NCBI GenBank assembly: GCA_964455675.1
Contig: CAYVYK010000016.1
Coordinates: forward strand, 1 to 36,681
Length of the DNA stretch: 36,681 bases
Source: an uncultured Methanosarcinales archaeon
GTDB taxonomy: Archaea > Nanobdellota > Nanobdellia > Woesearchaeales > CAYVYK01
Direction of reading: 5' to 3'
The notes beneath the pieces were generated by a model. That model worked only from the letters and a program-made list of their open reading frames with translations. It made no database searches and was not told the origin of the DNA. Made by a program: the position numbers and the translations under genes. This document shows, one piece after another, positions 1 through 9,414 of this stretch (the stretch's first letter is position 1; each line of letters opens with the position of its first letter).

Positions 1-116
1 GCCTCAAAGACGCGATCGAAAACTTCGGAAAAGCACCACCACCAAAAGCAGCGGCGGGCGCAACACCGGGACCAGGAGCGACACAAGCAGCAGCCAGCCC
101 CCCAAAACAAGCTTGA
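1..116 (+). CDS. 3' end of a gene entering from the left edge (Pro/Ala-rich C-terminal tail), partial
   Basis: Open frame from nt 3 reads LKDAIENFGKAPPPKAAAGATPGPGATQAAASPPKQA to TGA at 114-116; convergent with thrS. Confidence 0.55.
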   Translation, partial: LKDAIENFGKAPPPKAAAGATPGPGATQAAASPPKQA

Positions 117-132
117 TGCTATCCTCGAACTC

Positions 133-2046
133 TTAGAAACCAGGCAATCTCTTCTCGCGCACTTCAGCAACAAGATCATTCACGAATTCATCGACCTTTT
201 TTGCACCAACCACTGTGCCATCGCGCTGACGCACCGTCACTGTTCTGCCCTCTACTTCCTGGTCGCCAACGACGAGAATGTAATTCACCTTCTCAAGTTG
301 GGCATTTCGAACCTTCTTTGGGATGGTCTCAGATCTGCTATCGACCTCAACGCGAAGACCTGCTGTACGCATGATACCTGCGACTTCTTTTGCATATTCC
401 TCATGACGGTCTGCGACGGATAACACTTTAACCTGCACAGGCGATACCCAGAGCGGGAATTTTCCCGCAAAATGCTCAATCAAGATACCAATGAATCTTT
501 CAAGACTTCCAAAAATTGCACGATGCAACATGACAGGGCAATGCTGCTGGCCATCGGAACCCTCGTATGTCATGCCAAACTTTTCAGGCATGGAAAAATC
601 AACCTGGATCGTTCCGCACTGCCAGTATCTTCCAATCGCATCCCTCACGTGGAAATCAATCTTCGGACCGTAGAACGCGCCATCACCCGCATTGATCTTG
701 TACTCCATACCCTTGGACTTCAGTGCATCAGCAAGCGCAGACTCCGCGATCTCCCAGCGTTTTGGGTCGCCCATGGCTTTCTCGGGCTTTGTGGAGAGCT
801 CAACACGGTACTCGAAGCCAAACGGACTGTATGCTGCGTGAACAAGATCAATCAGTTCAACGATCTGATCCTTCATCTGGTCGTCCCTGCAGAAAATATG
901 TGCATCGTCCTGCGTGAAGCAGCGGACGCGGAACAATCCTGAGAGGACACCGCTCAATTCATGCCGGTGCACGATTCCATACTCACCCATCTTCAACGGA
1001 AGCTCACGGTAACTATGACGCCTTGACTTGTACACTAGAATATGGCCAGGGCAGTTCATGGGCTTAACCGCGACATCCTGCTCGTCAATCTTCGAAAAGT
1101 ACATATTCTGACGGTAGTGATCCCAGTGGCCGGACTGCAGCCAGAGTTGTTTATTCATGATGAGCGGTGTGCGCACAATCTGGTATCCACGCTTCTCCAT
1201 TTCGGAAGTCATGAACGCCGTCAGTTCACGCACGATGACCTGGCCCTTGTGATGAAAGAAAGGCATGCCAGGCGCTTCTTCATGCATGCTGAAGAGCTCC
1301 AGATCCTGACCGAGCTTTCGATGATCACGCTTCTCTGCCTCTTCAAACATTTTGAGGTAGTCATCGAGGTCCTGCTTCTTGAAGAACGCAATCCCGTACA
1401 CACGCTGCAACTGCTTGTTCGCAGCATCCGCCCTCCAGTACGCACCAGCAACCTTCGTCAGCTTCACTGCTTTAATAATACCGGTCCTAGGGATATGGGG
1501 GCCACGACAGAGGTCAACGAAGTCACCATCCGAGTATACTGTTGCATCTGCATCGCCAAGCTCCTCGAGTAGTTCAAGCTTGAACGGCTGATTTCTAAAG
1601 ATATCCCTCGCCTCCTGCTTTGTCACAGCTTTCCTCGTGAAGGGCAAGTCCTCTTTGACGATTTTCTGCATCTCTTGCTCAATCTTACCCAAATCTTCAG
1701 GTGATAGAGTTGATCCTATGTCCATGTCATAATAGAATCCCTCATCAACATTCGGTCCGATACCGAACTTCGTGTCAGGATAGAGACGCATCACTGCGTG
1801 TGCGAGCACGTGCGCACATGAATGCCGAAGCACGCTGATCGCTTCCTGATCTCTCTCAGTCAATACGCGGAAAGCTCCTGACTTATGGAGAGGCGTCACA
1901 AGATCAAGGATAGTATCATCCATCCGCACGGCGACTGCTGCACGGGCGAGTCCTGGACCAATCCTATCCACAATCTCTTTCCCAGTAATTCCAGCATCAT
2001 ACTCCTGCTTTGAGTTGTCCGGAAACGTCAACACAATTTTATCCAT
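133..2046 (-). CDS. thrS: Threonyl-tRNA synthetase, bacterial type (TGS + editing + class II core + anticodon domain)
   Basis: Motifs RHSCAH, DLCRGPH, KRDHRKLG, KPMNCPGH, RVRCFTQDDAHIF, GAFYGPKID, HRAIFGSLERF. Start moved to ATG 2046 (MDKIVLTFPD), preceded by SD-like GGGGTGAT. Confidence 0.97.
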   Translation of the reverse strand: MDKIVLTFPDNSKQEYDAGITGKEIVDRIGPGLARAAVAVRMDDTILDLVTPLHKSGAFRVLTERDQEAISVLRHSCAHVLAHAVMRLYPDTKFGIGPNVDEGFYYDMDIGSTLSPEDLGKIEQEMQKIVKEDLPFTRKAVTKQEARDIFRNQPFKLELLEELGDADATVYSDGDFVDLCRGPHIPRTGIIKAVKLTKVAGAYWRADAANKQLQRVYGIAFFKKQDLDDYLKMFEEAEKRDHRKLGQDLELFSMHEEAPGMPFFHHKGQVIVRELTAFMTSEMEKRGYQIVRTPLIMNKQLWLQSGHWDHYRQNMYFSKIDEQDVAVKPMNCPGHILVYKSRRHSYRELPLKMGEYGIVHRHELSGVLSGLFRVRCFTQDDAHIFCRDDQMKDQIVELIDLVHAAYSPFGFEYRVELSTKPEKAMGDPKRWEIAESALADALKSKGMEYKINAGDGAFYGPKIDFHVRDAIGRYWQCGTIQVDFSMPEKFGMTYEGSDGQQHCPVMLHRAIFGSLERFIGILIEHFAGKFPLWVSPVQVKVLSVADRHEEYAKEVAGIMRTAGLRVEVDSRSETIPKKVRNAQLEKVNYILVVGDQEVEGRTVTVRQRDGTVVGAKKVDEFVNDLVAEVREKRLPGF

Positions 2047-2284
2047 ATCACCCCAGAAACGCCAAACTCTATTAAAAGGTTTGCGGTCAAACTCCATGAC
2101 AAAGATAGAATAATCCACAATATTTTCCCTATGGCAAAGCGCTATACACCATTGGAATCACATCTTTCAGATCAACCCCCAAGATATACACCATCCATAC
2201 ACAATAATGCGCATCTGCTCCACCCATCAAAAAAACGTGACGACCCTCGAAACTCTTATAAACCTATAATCGCAGAATGTGCCC

Positions 2285-3001
2285 ATGCGCGACGTTATTC
2301 TCCAGTGCAAGGACCTTGAAAAATCATTCGGGAGGCGGAAGGTACTTGACGGACTTTCTATAGACATCCACAGAAACGAAACGCTCGGCCTCATCGGGAG
2401 GAGCGGCGGAGGGAAATCAACATTCCTCAAATGCCTCATTGGCTATCACTCTTCGGATGCAGGCAAGATCATCATTGACGGGCAGGACATCTCCCGAAAC
2501 GTCCAAGAGCTACGAAAAAAATTCGGCTACACCACACAAGAGAATTCGTTCTATGAAAAGCTTACGGTGCGAGAGAACATGAAGTATTATGCGCATCTGT
2601 ACGATCTACCACGTGGAGAAATCAATGGACGCATCCAGGAACTCCTTCGAAGCGTTGAACTTGAAAGCCATGCACGAACCATTGCCCAGCGGCTATCAGG
2701 AGGGCAAAGACGACGGCTCGATTTTGCCATATCGCTACTTCACAAACCCAGCATACTCATCCTTGATGAGCCTACGACTGGCCTAGATCCCCTGCTCGTC
2801 GAACAGTTCTGGAACGTCGTGAACACCATCAAAAAGGAAGGAAACACGATCATTGTCAGCTCCCACATCTTAAGCGAGCTTGCCATAAATTGTGACAGGA
2901 TCGCGGTATTTCAGAGTGGACGCATCACGCAGATCCTCGAACGCAAGGGATTTGGAAAACTCGAGCATCCTGAGCATATCTTTGGGGATAACCATGCGTA
3001 A
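2285..3001 (+). CDS. ABC transporter ATP-binding protein (ABC-2/drug-export type)
   Basis: Walker A GRSGGGKST, signature LSGGQRRR, Walker B ILILDEPTTGLD, H-loop SSH. Start is ATG 2285 or GTG 2279. Confidence 0.93.
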   Translation: MRDVILQCKDLEKSFGRRKVLDGLSIDIHRNETLGLIGRSGGGKSTFLKCLIGYHSSDAGKIIIDGQDISRNVQELRKKFGYTTQENSFYEKLTVRENMKYYAHLYDLPRGEINGRIQELLRSVELESHARTIAQRLSGGQRRRLDFAISLLHKPSILILDEPTTGLDPLLVEQFWNVVNTIKKEGNTIIVSSHILSELAINCDRIAVFQSGRITQILERKGFGKLEHPEHIFGDNHA

Positions 3002-4961
3002 AATCATCAACGAGGTTGCCAAGCATCTGAAGCTTATTTTTCGGAGCTGGAGTTCACTTGGGCTCCTTGTGCTCGCCCCGCTCCTCCTCATCCTCCTTCT
3101 TGGATACGCATTCAGCGGCCAGACACTCCATGACATCAGGCTTGGCTACGTGCTCGACGGCGATCTCAATCCTATCATCATCCAGAATATCTCAGGCCTT
3201 GGATACCTTGAAAAATATAGTAGCGCAGAAGCATGCGTTGAAGCACTCCGTACTGAGCAAGTGCACTTGTGCTTGGAACTATCAGGACCATTCTTCACGC
3301 TCAGCAATATCACGATACAACACATCAACGCGAGCCAAATCACATTCTATTACGATAACAGCAACCAATACTTAGGGGAAACCCTGAGCACGAAAGTGCG
3401 GGAATACTTCGGCGTGCAAACCCAGGAATACAGCATTGGAGCAACGAGCACCATCTTTTCAGCTGTGTCTGATCTTGTTGTGTACCTTGCCGACCGAAAT
3501 ACCGACCTCAAGGATCTGCGGAATGAGACTATCACACTTCGAGAAACCCTAGTTGCTCGCGGAGAGCGCCTGAACGCAGTGTACACAAGTTTCCTTGGAC
3601 CGTACACCCGCGTCAAGGGATACCAAGTACAACTCAACAGCAGCATGCAATCCTACCTTGGTCTATCCTCTTCATTCCAAACAGACCTTACCTTGCTCCG
3701 TGAGGAACTCCATGCACTCAGCCAGGTTCTTGACGTCCTCGAATTTTCGTCCAGTGAGCACTATTTTTTCGTCCGGGGACAGAATAATACACTCCTATCG
3801 AACGCGAGCGCGCTCGCCAACCTCACAACACTCCCGATTAACCTCAGCAGTATTTCCGATTTTACCGAATATGAAGACGAGTACGGACTATTCACCATCT
3901 ACAATCTCTCACACTTCCTCAACGCAAGCACCCTCTCGAACGAGACAATTATCGTTAGACTGCCTGACCGTAATGTTACAGTAATGCTCGATCAATTGCC
4001 GTCTGATGAACAATACTCACTGCTCCGGACACTAACGCTCATGACCCTTGAGGATGCTGAGACGCGCGTCACCGCCCTGCAAAACGCCACGATCCTTGTG
4101 GATGACGAGATCAGGACATTCTGGGATGAGATTGATAGAACCGTGGGCGAGCTTGACGCGATCAAACTTGTGCTGGAAGACGAGATACGTTTCAACGACC
4201 AAGCAATTAAGGAGGTCGACCGGGCATCTGCAGAAATCGTTCGCATTTCCGAAAACCTTGATGAGAGCCTCAAAGGACTATCCGTCATTGATCCAGATCT
4301 TGCAGAGAGCATCATCAAGCCGTTCCAACAATCAATCGTTATGCTCCTCCCAGGCGTCACAGGAATCCAGGCATTGTTCCCCGCGCTGCTCACAGCTGTT
4401 ATCATCTTCAGCAGCATCCTATTTGCGACTGTAGTCACGCACGCAGAACTGCACAATGTTGCGGCACTAAGGAATCGAATTACGCCAGCTTCGAGCGGCG
4501 TTTGGTTTGCGGGACTTCTCATCATTAACCTGATGGTCGCGCTCTTCCAAGTACTGATACTACTATACATTGCGCACACGCGCTTCATGCTCCCCATCCT
4601 ACAGGAACTACCACTCCTTCTCGCTCTCTCTGCAATAGAGGCGATACTCTTCGTGCTTGTCGGAATGCTCATCGCGGTAAGTGTGAAGAATCAGCAGAGC
4701 TCGGTACTCCTCGCCACGTTCGTAGCGCTTGGGTTCTTCCTCTTCAGCAATGTCATCGGGCCGCTTGAAGCCATGCCAGCGCTCGGAAGCCATTTCGCAG
4801 GGCTTAACCCCATGGTCATTGGAAGCACCATTGTGCGCGGCGTGCTGCTGCTCGATGTTCCTGCAATCTTCTACCTGCCAGAATTCATCCTGCTTGCCAG
4901 TTATGCAGCGCTACTCCTTGGGATAACATACATCCTGTTTGCATGGCAGCGAAACAGATAA
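2994..4961 (+). CDS. ABC-2 type permease with a very large extracellular coiled-coil region (YhgE/Pip-like architecture)
   Basis: One N-terminal TM helix, about 450 aa soluble helical region, then about 5-6 C-terminal TM helices with an ABC-2-like tail. ATG 2994 overlaps the ATPase stop. Confidence 0.8.
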   Translation: MRKIINEVAKHLKLIFRSWSSLGLLVLAPLLLILLLGYAFSGQTLHDIRLGYVLDGDLNPIIIQNISGLGYLEKYSSAEACVEALRTEQVHLCLELSGPFFTLSNITIQHINASQITFYYDNSNQYLGETLSTKVREYFGVQTQEYSIGATSTIFSAVSDLVVYLADRNTDLKDLRNETITLRETLVARGERLNAVYTSFLGPYTRVKGYQVQLNSSMQSYLGLSSSFQTDLTLLREELHALSQVLDVLEFSSSEHYFFVRGQNNTLLSNASALANLTTLPINLSSISDFTEYEDEYGLFTIYNLSHFLNASTLSNETIIVRLPDRNVTVMLDQLPSDEQYSLLRTLTLMTLEDAETRVTALQNATILVDDEIRTFWDEIDRTVGELDAIKLVLEDEIRFNDQAIKEVDRASAEIVRISENLDESLKGLSVIDPDLAESIIKPFQQSIVMLLPGVTGIQALFPALLTAVIIFSSILFATVVTHAELHNVAALRNRITPASSGVWFAGLLIINLMVALFQVLILLYIAHTRFMLPILQELPLLLALSAIEAILFVLVGMLIAVSVKNQQSSVLLATFVALGFFLFSNVIGPLEAMPALGSHFAGLNPMVIGSTIVRGVLLLDVPAIFYLPEFILLASYAALLLGITYILFAWQRNR

Positions 4962-4967
4962 TCACTG

Positions 4968-6884
4968 TTAGAATACGACCTCAACAATATCCCGATCAAT
5001 CCTCTCCTTGCAACGCGCGACCTTCTCGGCCACATTCTTATTCGTCGTGCTCTTCTGGACCTGATGCAATACATCAATTATTCTACGAAAGAGCCGGATG
5101 ATATCCCCCTCCGCAAGCGAGGACAATTGGAGCAAATCGTCAAAATCACCATTGTTTGCCCAGTGCGATACGATTCGTATCATTCGAAGCAGATTCCTCT
5201 GGTTGATATTCTTAATCACGTACTGGCTTCGCGCAAGGATCGACAAAATATGCCTGTATGTTTGATCGACACCCTTTGTCGCGAAGTGGTCAGAGCCTCG
5301 CTCCTCATATTCCAGGGCAGCAATTACGATCAGTAGCTGATTCTCCGTAAGCTCCTCTGCAATGCTGGAATTGAAAATCTCGCTGATGATAATCTCATTT
5401 GAATAAATGCCCGTTCCAAACTCGCCCTTCTCTGTCAGAAAACCCTGGCTCATGTATCCCATTCTCTGCAGAAGCTCTTTTTTATGATTGAAGGATGCCA
5501 TGATACGTATATTACGGTTATCTTTCCTTCGAAGGTAGTAATCAAAACTATTCTTCAGGATTACCTCAATCTCTTCGGGAGAATGGTTCTTGATCAAATT
5601 CAGCACCGAATTGATTGACAATTGGAACCTTGAGTGAATCGGATCCTTATCAGCGCTTGTCACATCAAGGAGCTTTTCAACATCAAGAGTGTTACGATCG
5701 ATGAGCACGACAACATACCCCACTTCATCTATTCCCCTGCGCCCTGCACGACCAGCAAGCTGGAAGTACTCCTTTGAATTCACCATACGAAAGTTTACAC
5801 CATCAAACTTGTTCAGCGCCCCAAAAAAGACCGTACGCGCCGGCATGTTCACACCAACGGCAAACGTCTCCGTCGTATATAAGACCTTAATCAGTCCGCG
5901 CTCAAAGAGGTTCTCTACGATCTCTTTGAGCCTTGGAAGGAGCCCTGCGTGATGATATGCGATGCCATGTCCAATGATACCCGAGAGCTTGCGCACCGAA
6001 TCAAGCTTTCTGATCTCGGCATCAATATGCTCCGAGAAGTATTTCATGATCTCAGAACGTTCACTACTTGATGTGAAACTCAAAACTCTACTGAGATCTC
6101 GAGCGTTTTCCTCGCATGCCTTTCGTGAGAATACAAAAAAAATTCCGGGAAGCTCCTTTTTCATCTCCTTGATCATATCGATGTGAGATGGGACCTTTAT
6201 TCGAGCAGCTTTTTTCCGCTTGCCTCGTTTTGCTGGCATTACCTTGTAATAATCCGGAATTTCCTGATCACGCCTGAGATCCTTGAGCTCTGCGAGACCA
6301 AGATGAATGTCATACACGAAGTGCTTTAATGGAACAGCACGCTTGAGATACTCAACGACCATGACCGGATGGTCCTTTGTCAGCTGTATCCAGTCGGCAA
6401 ATTCAGCTGCGTTTGGAATAGTCGCAGAAAGACAGAGGAATCGCACATGTTTTGGAGAAAAGATGATTGATTCCTCCCAAACCGTACCCCGCTCGATATC
6501 ACTAATGAAGTGAATCTCGTCAAAAATCACATAGCTCAGATTATAGATAATATTATCTCGAGACATGAGCATATTCCGATAAATCTCCGTTGTCATAACA
6601 AGCAATGGAGCGCTGGGATTAATGACAATATCACCGGTCATGATTCCCACACGATCTTCGCCATATTCCCTTCGGAAATCCTTATATTTCTGATTGGATA
6701 ACGCTTTGATAGGAGCGGTGTAGATGATAATTTTACCCTCATTAATGAACTTATTAATCACATAATCTGCGATGAGCGTTTTACCCGTACCTGTGGCCGC
6801 GCTTACAACAACTGACTTACCCTCCTCCACATGGCGGATGGCGTCCTCCTGGAATTTATCCAGGGTAAAATTCTTGTATTGCAT
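4968..6884 (-). CDS. Ski2/HelY-like DExH-box SF2 helicase with DSHCT-like C-terminus
   Basis: ATGTGKT, YTAPIKALSNQK, MTTEIYRNML, DEIH, LSAT, HHAGLLP, TETFAVGVNMPA, QLAGRAGRRG, EGDIIRLFRR. Start at ATG 6884 with TATA about 6907-6916. Confidence 0.92.
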   Translation of the reverse strand: MQYKNFTLDKFQEDAIRHVEEGKSVVVSAATGTGKTLIADYVINKFINEGKIIIYTAPIKALSNQKYKDFRREYGEDRVGIMTGDIVINPSAPLLVMTTEIYRNMLMSRDNIIYNLSYVIFDEIHFISDIERGTVWEESIIFSPKHVRFLCLSATIPNAAEFADWIQLTKDHPVMVVEYLKRAVPLKHFVYDIHLGLAELKDLRRDQEIPDYYKVMPAKRGKRKKAARIKVPSHIDMIKEMKKELPGIFFVFSRKACEENARDLSRVLSFTSSSERSEIMKYFSEHIDAEIRKLDSVRKLSGIIGHGIAYHHAGLLPRLKEIVENLFERGLIKVLYTTETFAVGVNMPARTVFFGALNKFDGVNFRMVNSKEYFQLAGRAGRRGIDEVGYVVVLIDRNTLDVEKLLDVTSADKDPIHSRFQLSINSVLNLIKNHSPEEIEVILKNSFDYYLRRKDNRNIRIMASFNHKKELLQRMGYMSQGFLTEKGEFGTGIYSNEIIISEIFNSSIAEELTENQLLIVIAALEYEERGSDHFATKGVDQTYRHILSILARSQYVIKNINQRNLLRMIRIVSHWANNGDFDDLLQLSSLAEGDIIRLFRRIIDVLHQVQKSTTNKNVAEKVARCKERIDRDIVEVVF

Positions 6885-6937
6885 TCCGTTAGGTCTGCGG
6901 GAATCGTTATATAAAACCTTGGGATGAGGGAGAAACG

Positions 6938-7196
6938 ATACGTCCGCCGGCAAGAAAAAATTCCTTTCCGAATTTTTTAAGCCGGTGGGCTCATAGTACT
7001 GTGTAAGAATAGCTTTGGATCTGTTGTTGAATCGAAGAATGAGCCCGCCGACAATAGTAACTCGCTTCGCTCGCTCCTAAGTCGGCGGGCTCATAGTGCT
7101 TTGCTAGCTATTGATCCTTACTGCGGTGGAATCTAAGAATGAGCCCGCCGACAAGAAAAAATTCCCTTCAGGAATTTTTTAAGCCGGCTGTCTCAT
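6938..7196. repeat. Three palindromic tRNA-3'-end-derived units in a 100-bp-period tandem array
   Basis: Units 6938-6994, 7039-7094 and 7139-7196 are bounded by ATGAGCCCGCCGAC/GTCGGCGGGCTCAT or variants. Two related 44-nt linkers separate them. A 13-nt stretch is identical to the tRNA-Ile 3' end (7204-7216). Confidence 0.9.
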
Positions 7197-7204
7197 GCTT
7201 TGCA

Positions 7205-7294
7205 TGAGCCCGCCGAGATTTGAACTCGGGACCGCTCGATTTCTTTGGCATTGCCGTATCAGTCGAGCACTCCACCAGGCTAAGCTACGGGCTC
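7205..7294 (-). tRNA. tRNA-Ile(GAT) with 16-nt intron at 37/38 (intron 7241-7256)
   Basis: GAGCCCG/CGGGCTC acceptor stem, CTCGA/TCGAG anticodon stem, CT-GAT-A loop, CCGAG-TTCAAAT-CTCGG T arm, discriminator A; CCA not encoded. Confidence 0.95.
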
Positions 7295-7320
7295 GTAATG
7301 AAGCAGAAATCCGAAGATGC

Positions 7321-7328
7321 TTTATAAA
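7321..7328 (-). promoter_or_regulatory. TATA box of tRNA-Ile
   Basis: TTTATAAA begins 34 nt upstream of tRNA position 1, the same spacing as at the other tRNAs. Confidence 0.65.
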
Positions 7329-7384
7329 CGTTATGGTGGGGGTCTTCGGGATCGGCACTCCCAGTTCGAGACGGTTTCATTGTA

Positions 7385-8074
7385 CTAACGTACTTGGCAG
7401 CGCGTCGTTTTATGTGGACTATTCGCCAAAGGCTTGTGGCCATTCCCCGAAGTCCGTTCGTATCTCTCAAGAACTTCTTGATAACTCCTTGATACCGGGT
7501 GCCATGCAGCATCCTGCCATTCAAAATCCAAGACATCGGGAACAAAACCATGAAGAACATGCCGCTCAATTCCGAGGTCCACAAAGCTCGTCGCCTTAAT
7601 GACACCTACTGGAACATCATGATACGCAGGATTTGCAGGAACGTGGATAACTGGAGTAAAATAATCCCTTGCTGCAATCAAATCATTGGCGCTGCATGCC
7701 GTGTCAGTCACGAGGACGAGACAATCTGGAGTCGTACGCACCGCGTCCGCGACACTCTTCATATTCTTGTATTCTGGCTTTCCGTCAGTCTCAGCGTAGA
7801 TGAAAGGAACGTATGCATGCAGCCTCCACAGCGCATCATTCAGAGCCCTTTTGATACCGTCACCTTTCCTACCATCAGTATAGAAGATCAGCGGGATATT
7901 AGCATGACGAAGACCGTTCAGCAACTCCCCAAGACCTGGTCGAGGAATTAAAATAGGGTCTTCAACGTCTGCACGTCCTTCTCGTCCCGTAGCCATGCCC
8001 CATATCGCTGCCGTCATTTGGATGTCCATGACGCACGCTACTGGCTTAACAGTCTTGCCCCTCAACACAGCCAT
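7385..8074 (-). CDS. Hypothetical protein, divergent HAD-superfamily fold
   Basis: Ordered HAD-like motifs: ACVMDIQMT (DxDGT-like), PRPGLGELL, IFYTDG, KP, LVLVTD..ND. Confidence 0.55.
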   Translation of the reverse strand: MAVLRGKTVKPVACVMDIQMTAAIWGMATGREGRADVEDPILIPRPGLGELLNGLRHANIPLIFYTDGRKGDGIKRALNDALWRLHAYVPFIYAETDGKPEYKNMKSVADAVRTTPDCLVLVTDTACSANDLIAARDYFTPVIHVPANPAYHDVPVGVIKATSFVDLGIERHVLHGFVPDVLDFEWQDAAWHPVSRSYQEVLERYERTSGNGHKPLANSPHKTTRCQVR

Positions 8075-8082
8075 TCCTGATG

Positions 8083-9318
8083 CTACCGAGCGTTAAATAC
8101 TTTGTGGTATGATCTTAGCGCATCCACACCCCACTGCAGCTCCGAGGGAGAAAAATATCTACTGATAACCTTAGGATTAAAATTCCCTTCGTCGTCATAG
8201 GGTAATGGATGCGGTGCACCTTGCGCGTGAAACATTACATGTTCGTTGACGAACTTTGGGTGGCATGGAAGGATCCACTTGCGGAATTCTTGGCGGAACG
8301 ACTCACCAAACATCTGCAAGGCATGATACCTTTCATGCAATGGGTGGTCAGGCTCCTCGAGAACGCGGCGGACCACTCCCTCCAGATACCACAAATCCTG
8401 GAATGCATCAATATCAGCAATCCGGCCAAAGTCACTGTGTCTCGCAGAGACGGCCGTTCCATGAAGCAGTCTTCCAAACGCGTTCATAAGCTGAGTCTCC
8501 CCGAACTGCAACTCCCTTTTGTGCTCGTAGTCTCTCACATTATGCACAATGGTGCGGAAGAACTTCCATGCACTAGATGGATCGTCTACAACAAACCTTG
8601 ACGCAACGTAGGGAAAGCGCCAGAAACGTGCAAGTATCATAGAATTCAATCCGCCACGCGCGGACTTTCTTGCACCGTGCAAGAGATTCAAGAACGGACG
8701 GACCTTCAACGGATCCCAGTAATACACGTTCGGCTCCTTGAAACGCTGCGACTCATTATCCATCTGCATGCGCCAGTGAAAGTATCTGTGGTACGGATGC
8801 TCTTTCTCCTCAACGCCAAATATGTCACGCTCAAAATTCCACATCAACACCGCGTCCGCCTCCTCATCTTTTTTTGTCATCTCACGAAGAGAAAGATCCG
8901 CGCAGGGACAGTCACCCGCAACAAAAATCTGACGGTCGGTTTTCAACGCGGAGTGGAGAGCATCAACGGTGGCAGCAACATTTTTCTTCTCCGGTTCACG
9001 AACAAAAATAAACTCCTTTTTTACCCGGAAGTAATTCACAAACCTGTCAAATATTTGAGCAGTATCAACATTGCCGCAGCAGGCAATCTTACCTGAGCGG
9101 TCCTGATGTTCTGCGGCGTCGAGCGCGTACGCGATCACCGGCACTCCGGCAAGCTCGTAGTTAAACTTGATGTCATCAGGACTTGCTTCATCGCGATACA
9201 GATACCAGAAGGGAAACCTCCCACGCACGGACTCTTTCACGCGCTGTTCCAACGCGGAGCTTCGCGCAGAGGGTATAAGATCATAACTCGCTGAAACGCC
9301 AATTCCGATCGACACCAT
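8083..9318 (-). CDS. Hypothetical protein, probable MobA-like/GT-A NTP transferase
   Basis: K..YELAGVPVIAYALDA, FVAGDCP and C-terminal ADIDAFQDL resemble nucleotidyltransferase motifs. Start at ATG 9318. Confidence 0.55.
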   Translation of the reverse strand: MVSIGIGVSASYDLIPSARSSALEQRVKESVRGRFPFWYLYRDEASPDDIKFNYELAGVPVIAYALDAAEHQDRSGKIACCGNVDTAQIFDRFVNYFRVKKEFIFVREPEKKNVAATVDALHSALKTDRQIFVAGDCPCADLSLREMTKKDEEADAVLMWNFERDIFGVEEKEHPYHRYFHWRMQMDNESQRFKEPNVYYWDPLKVRPFLNLLHGARKSARGGLNSMILARFWRFPYVASRFVVDDPSSAWKFFRTIVHNVRDYEHKRELQFGETQLMNAFGRLLHGTAVSARHSDFGRIADIDAFQDLWYLEGVVRRVLEEPDHPLHERYHALQMFGESFRQEFRKWILPCHPKFVNEHVMFHAQGAPHPLPYDDEGNFNPKVISRYFSPSELQWGVDALRSYHKVFNAR

Positions 9319-9376
9319 TGCACTATCGAGAATGCTTGGCGTCTTTAAAAGGCTTCGATACCACAACGAGTCACAG

Positions 9377-9389
9377 AAACCTTTATAAA
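9377..9389 (+). promoter_or_regulatory. BRE/TATA of tRNA-Asn
   Basis: AAACC-TTTATAAA, with the TATA box starting 33 nt before tRNA position 1. Confidence 0.7.
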
Positions 9390-9414
9390 CGATCCTCGAA
9401 CCATTTTACCGTCT

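Noticed and set aside
6938..7196. CRISPR array
   Set aside because: Only three units, the linkers are homologous to each other, the repeat ends derive from the adjacent tRNA, and there are no cas genes or leader.
7195..7951. ORFs 7195-7599, 7285-7605 and 7499-7951
   Set aside because: They overlap tRNA-Ile or the HAD-like gene and are shadow frames.
4968..9318. Integrated provirus or defence island at tRNA-Ile
   Set aside because: No integrase, viral or recognisable defence genes, and no distant att duplicate in the window.
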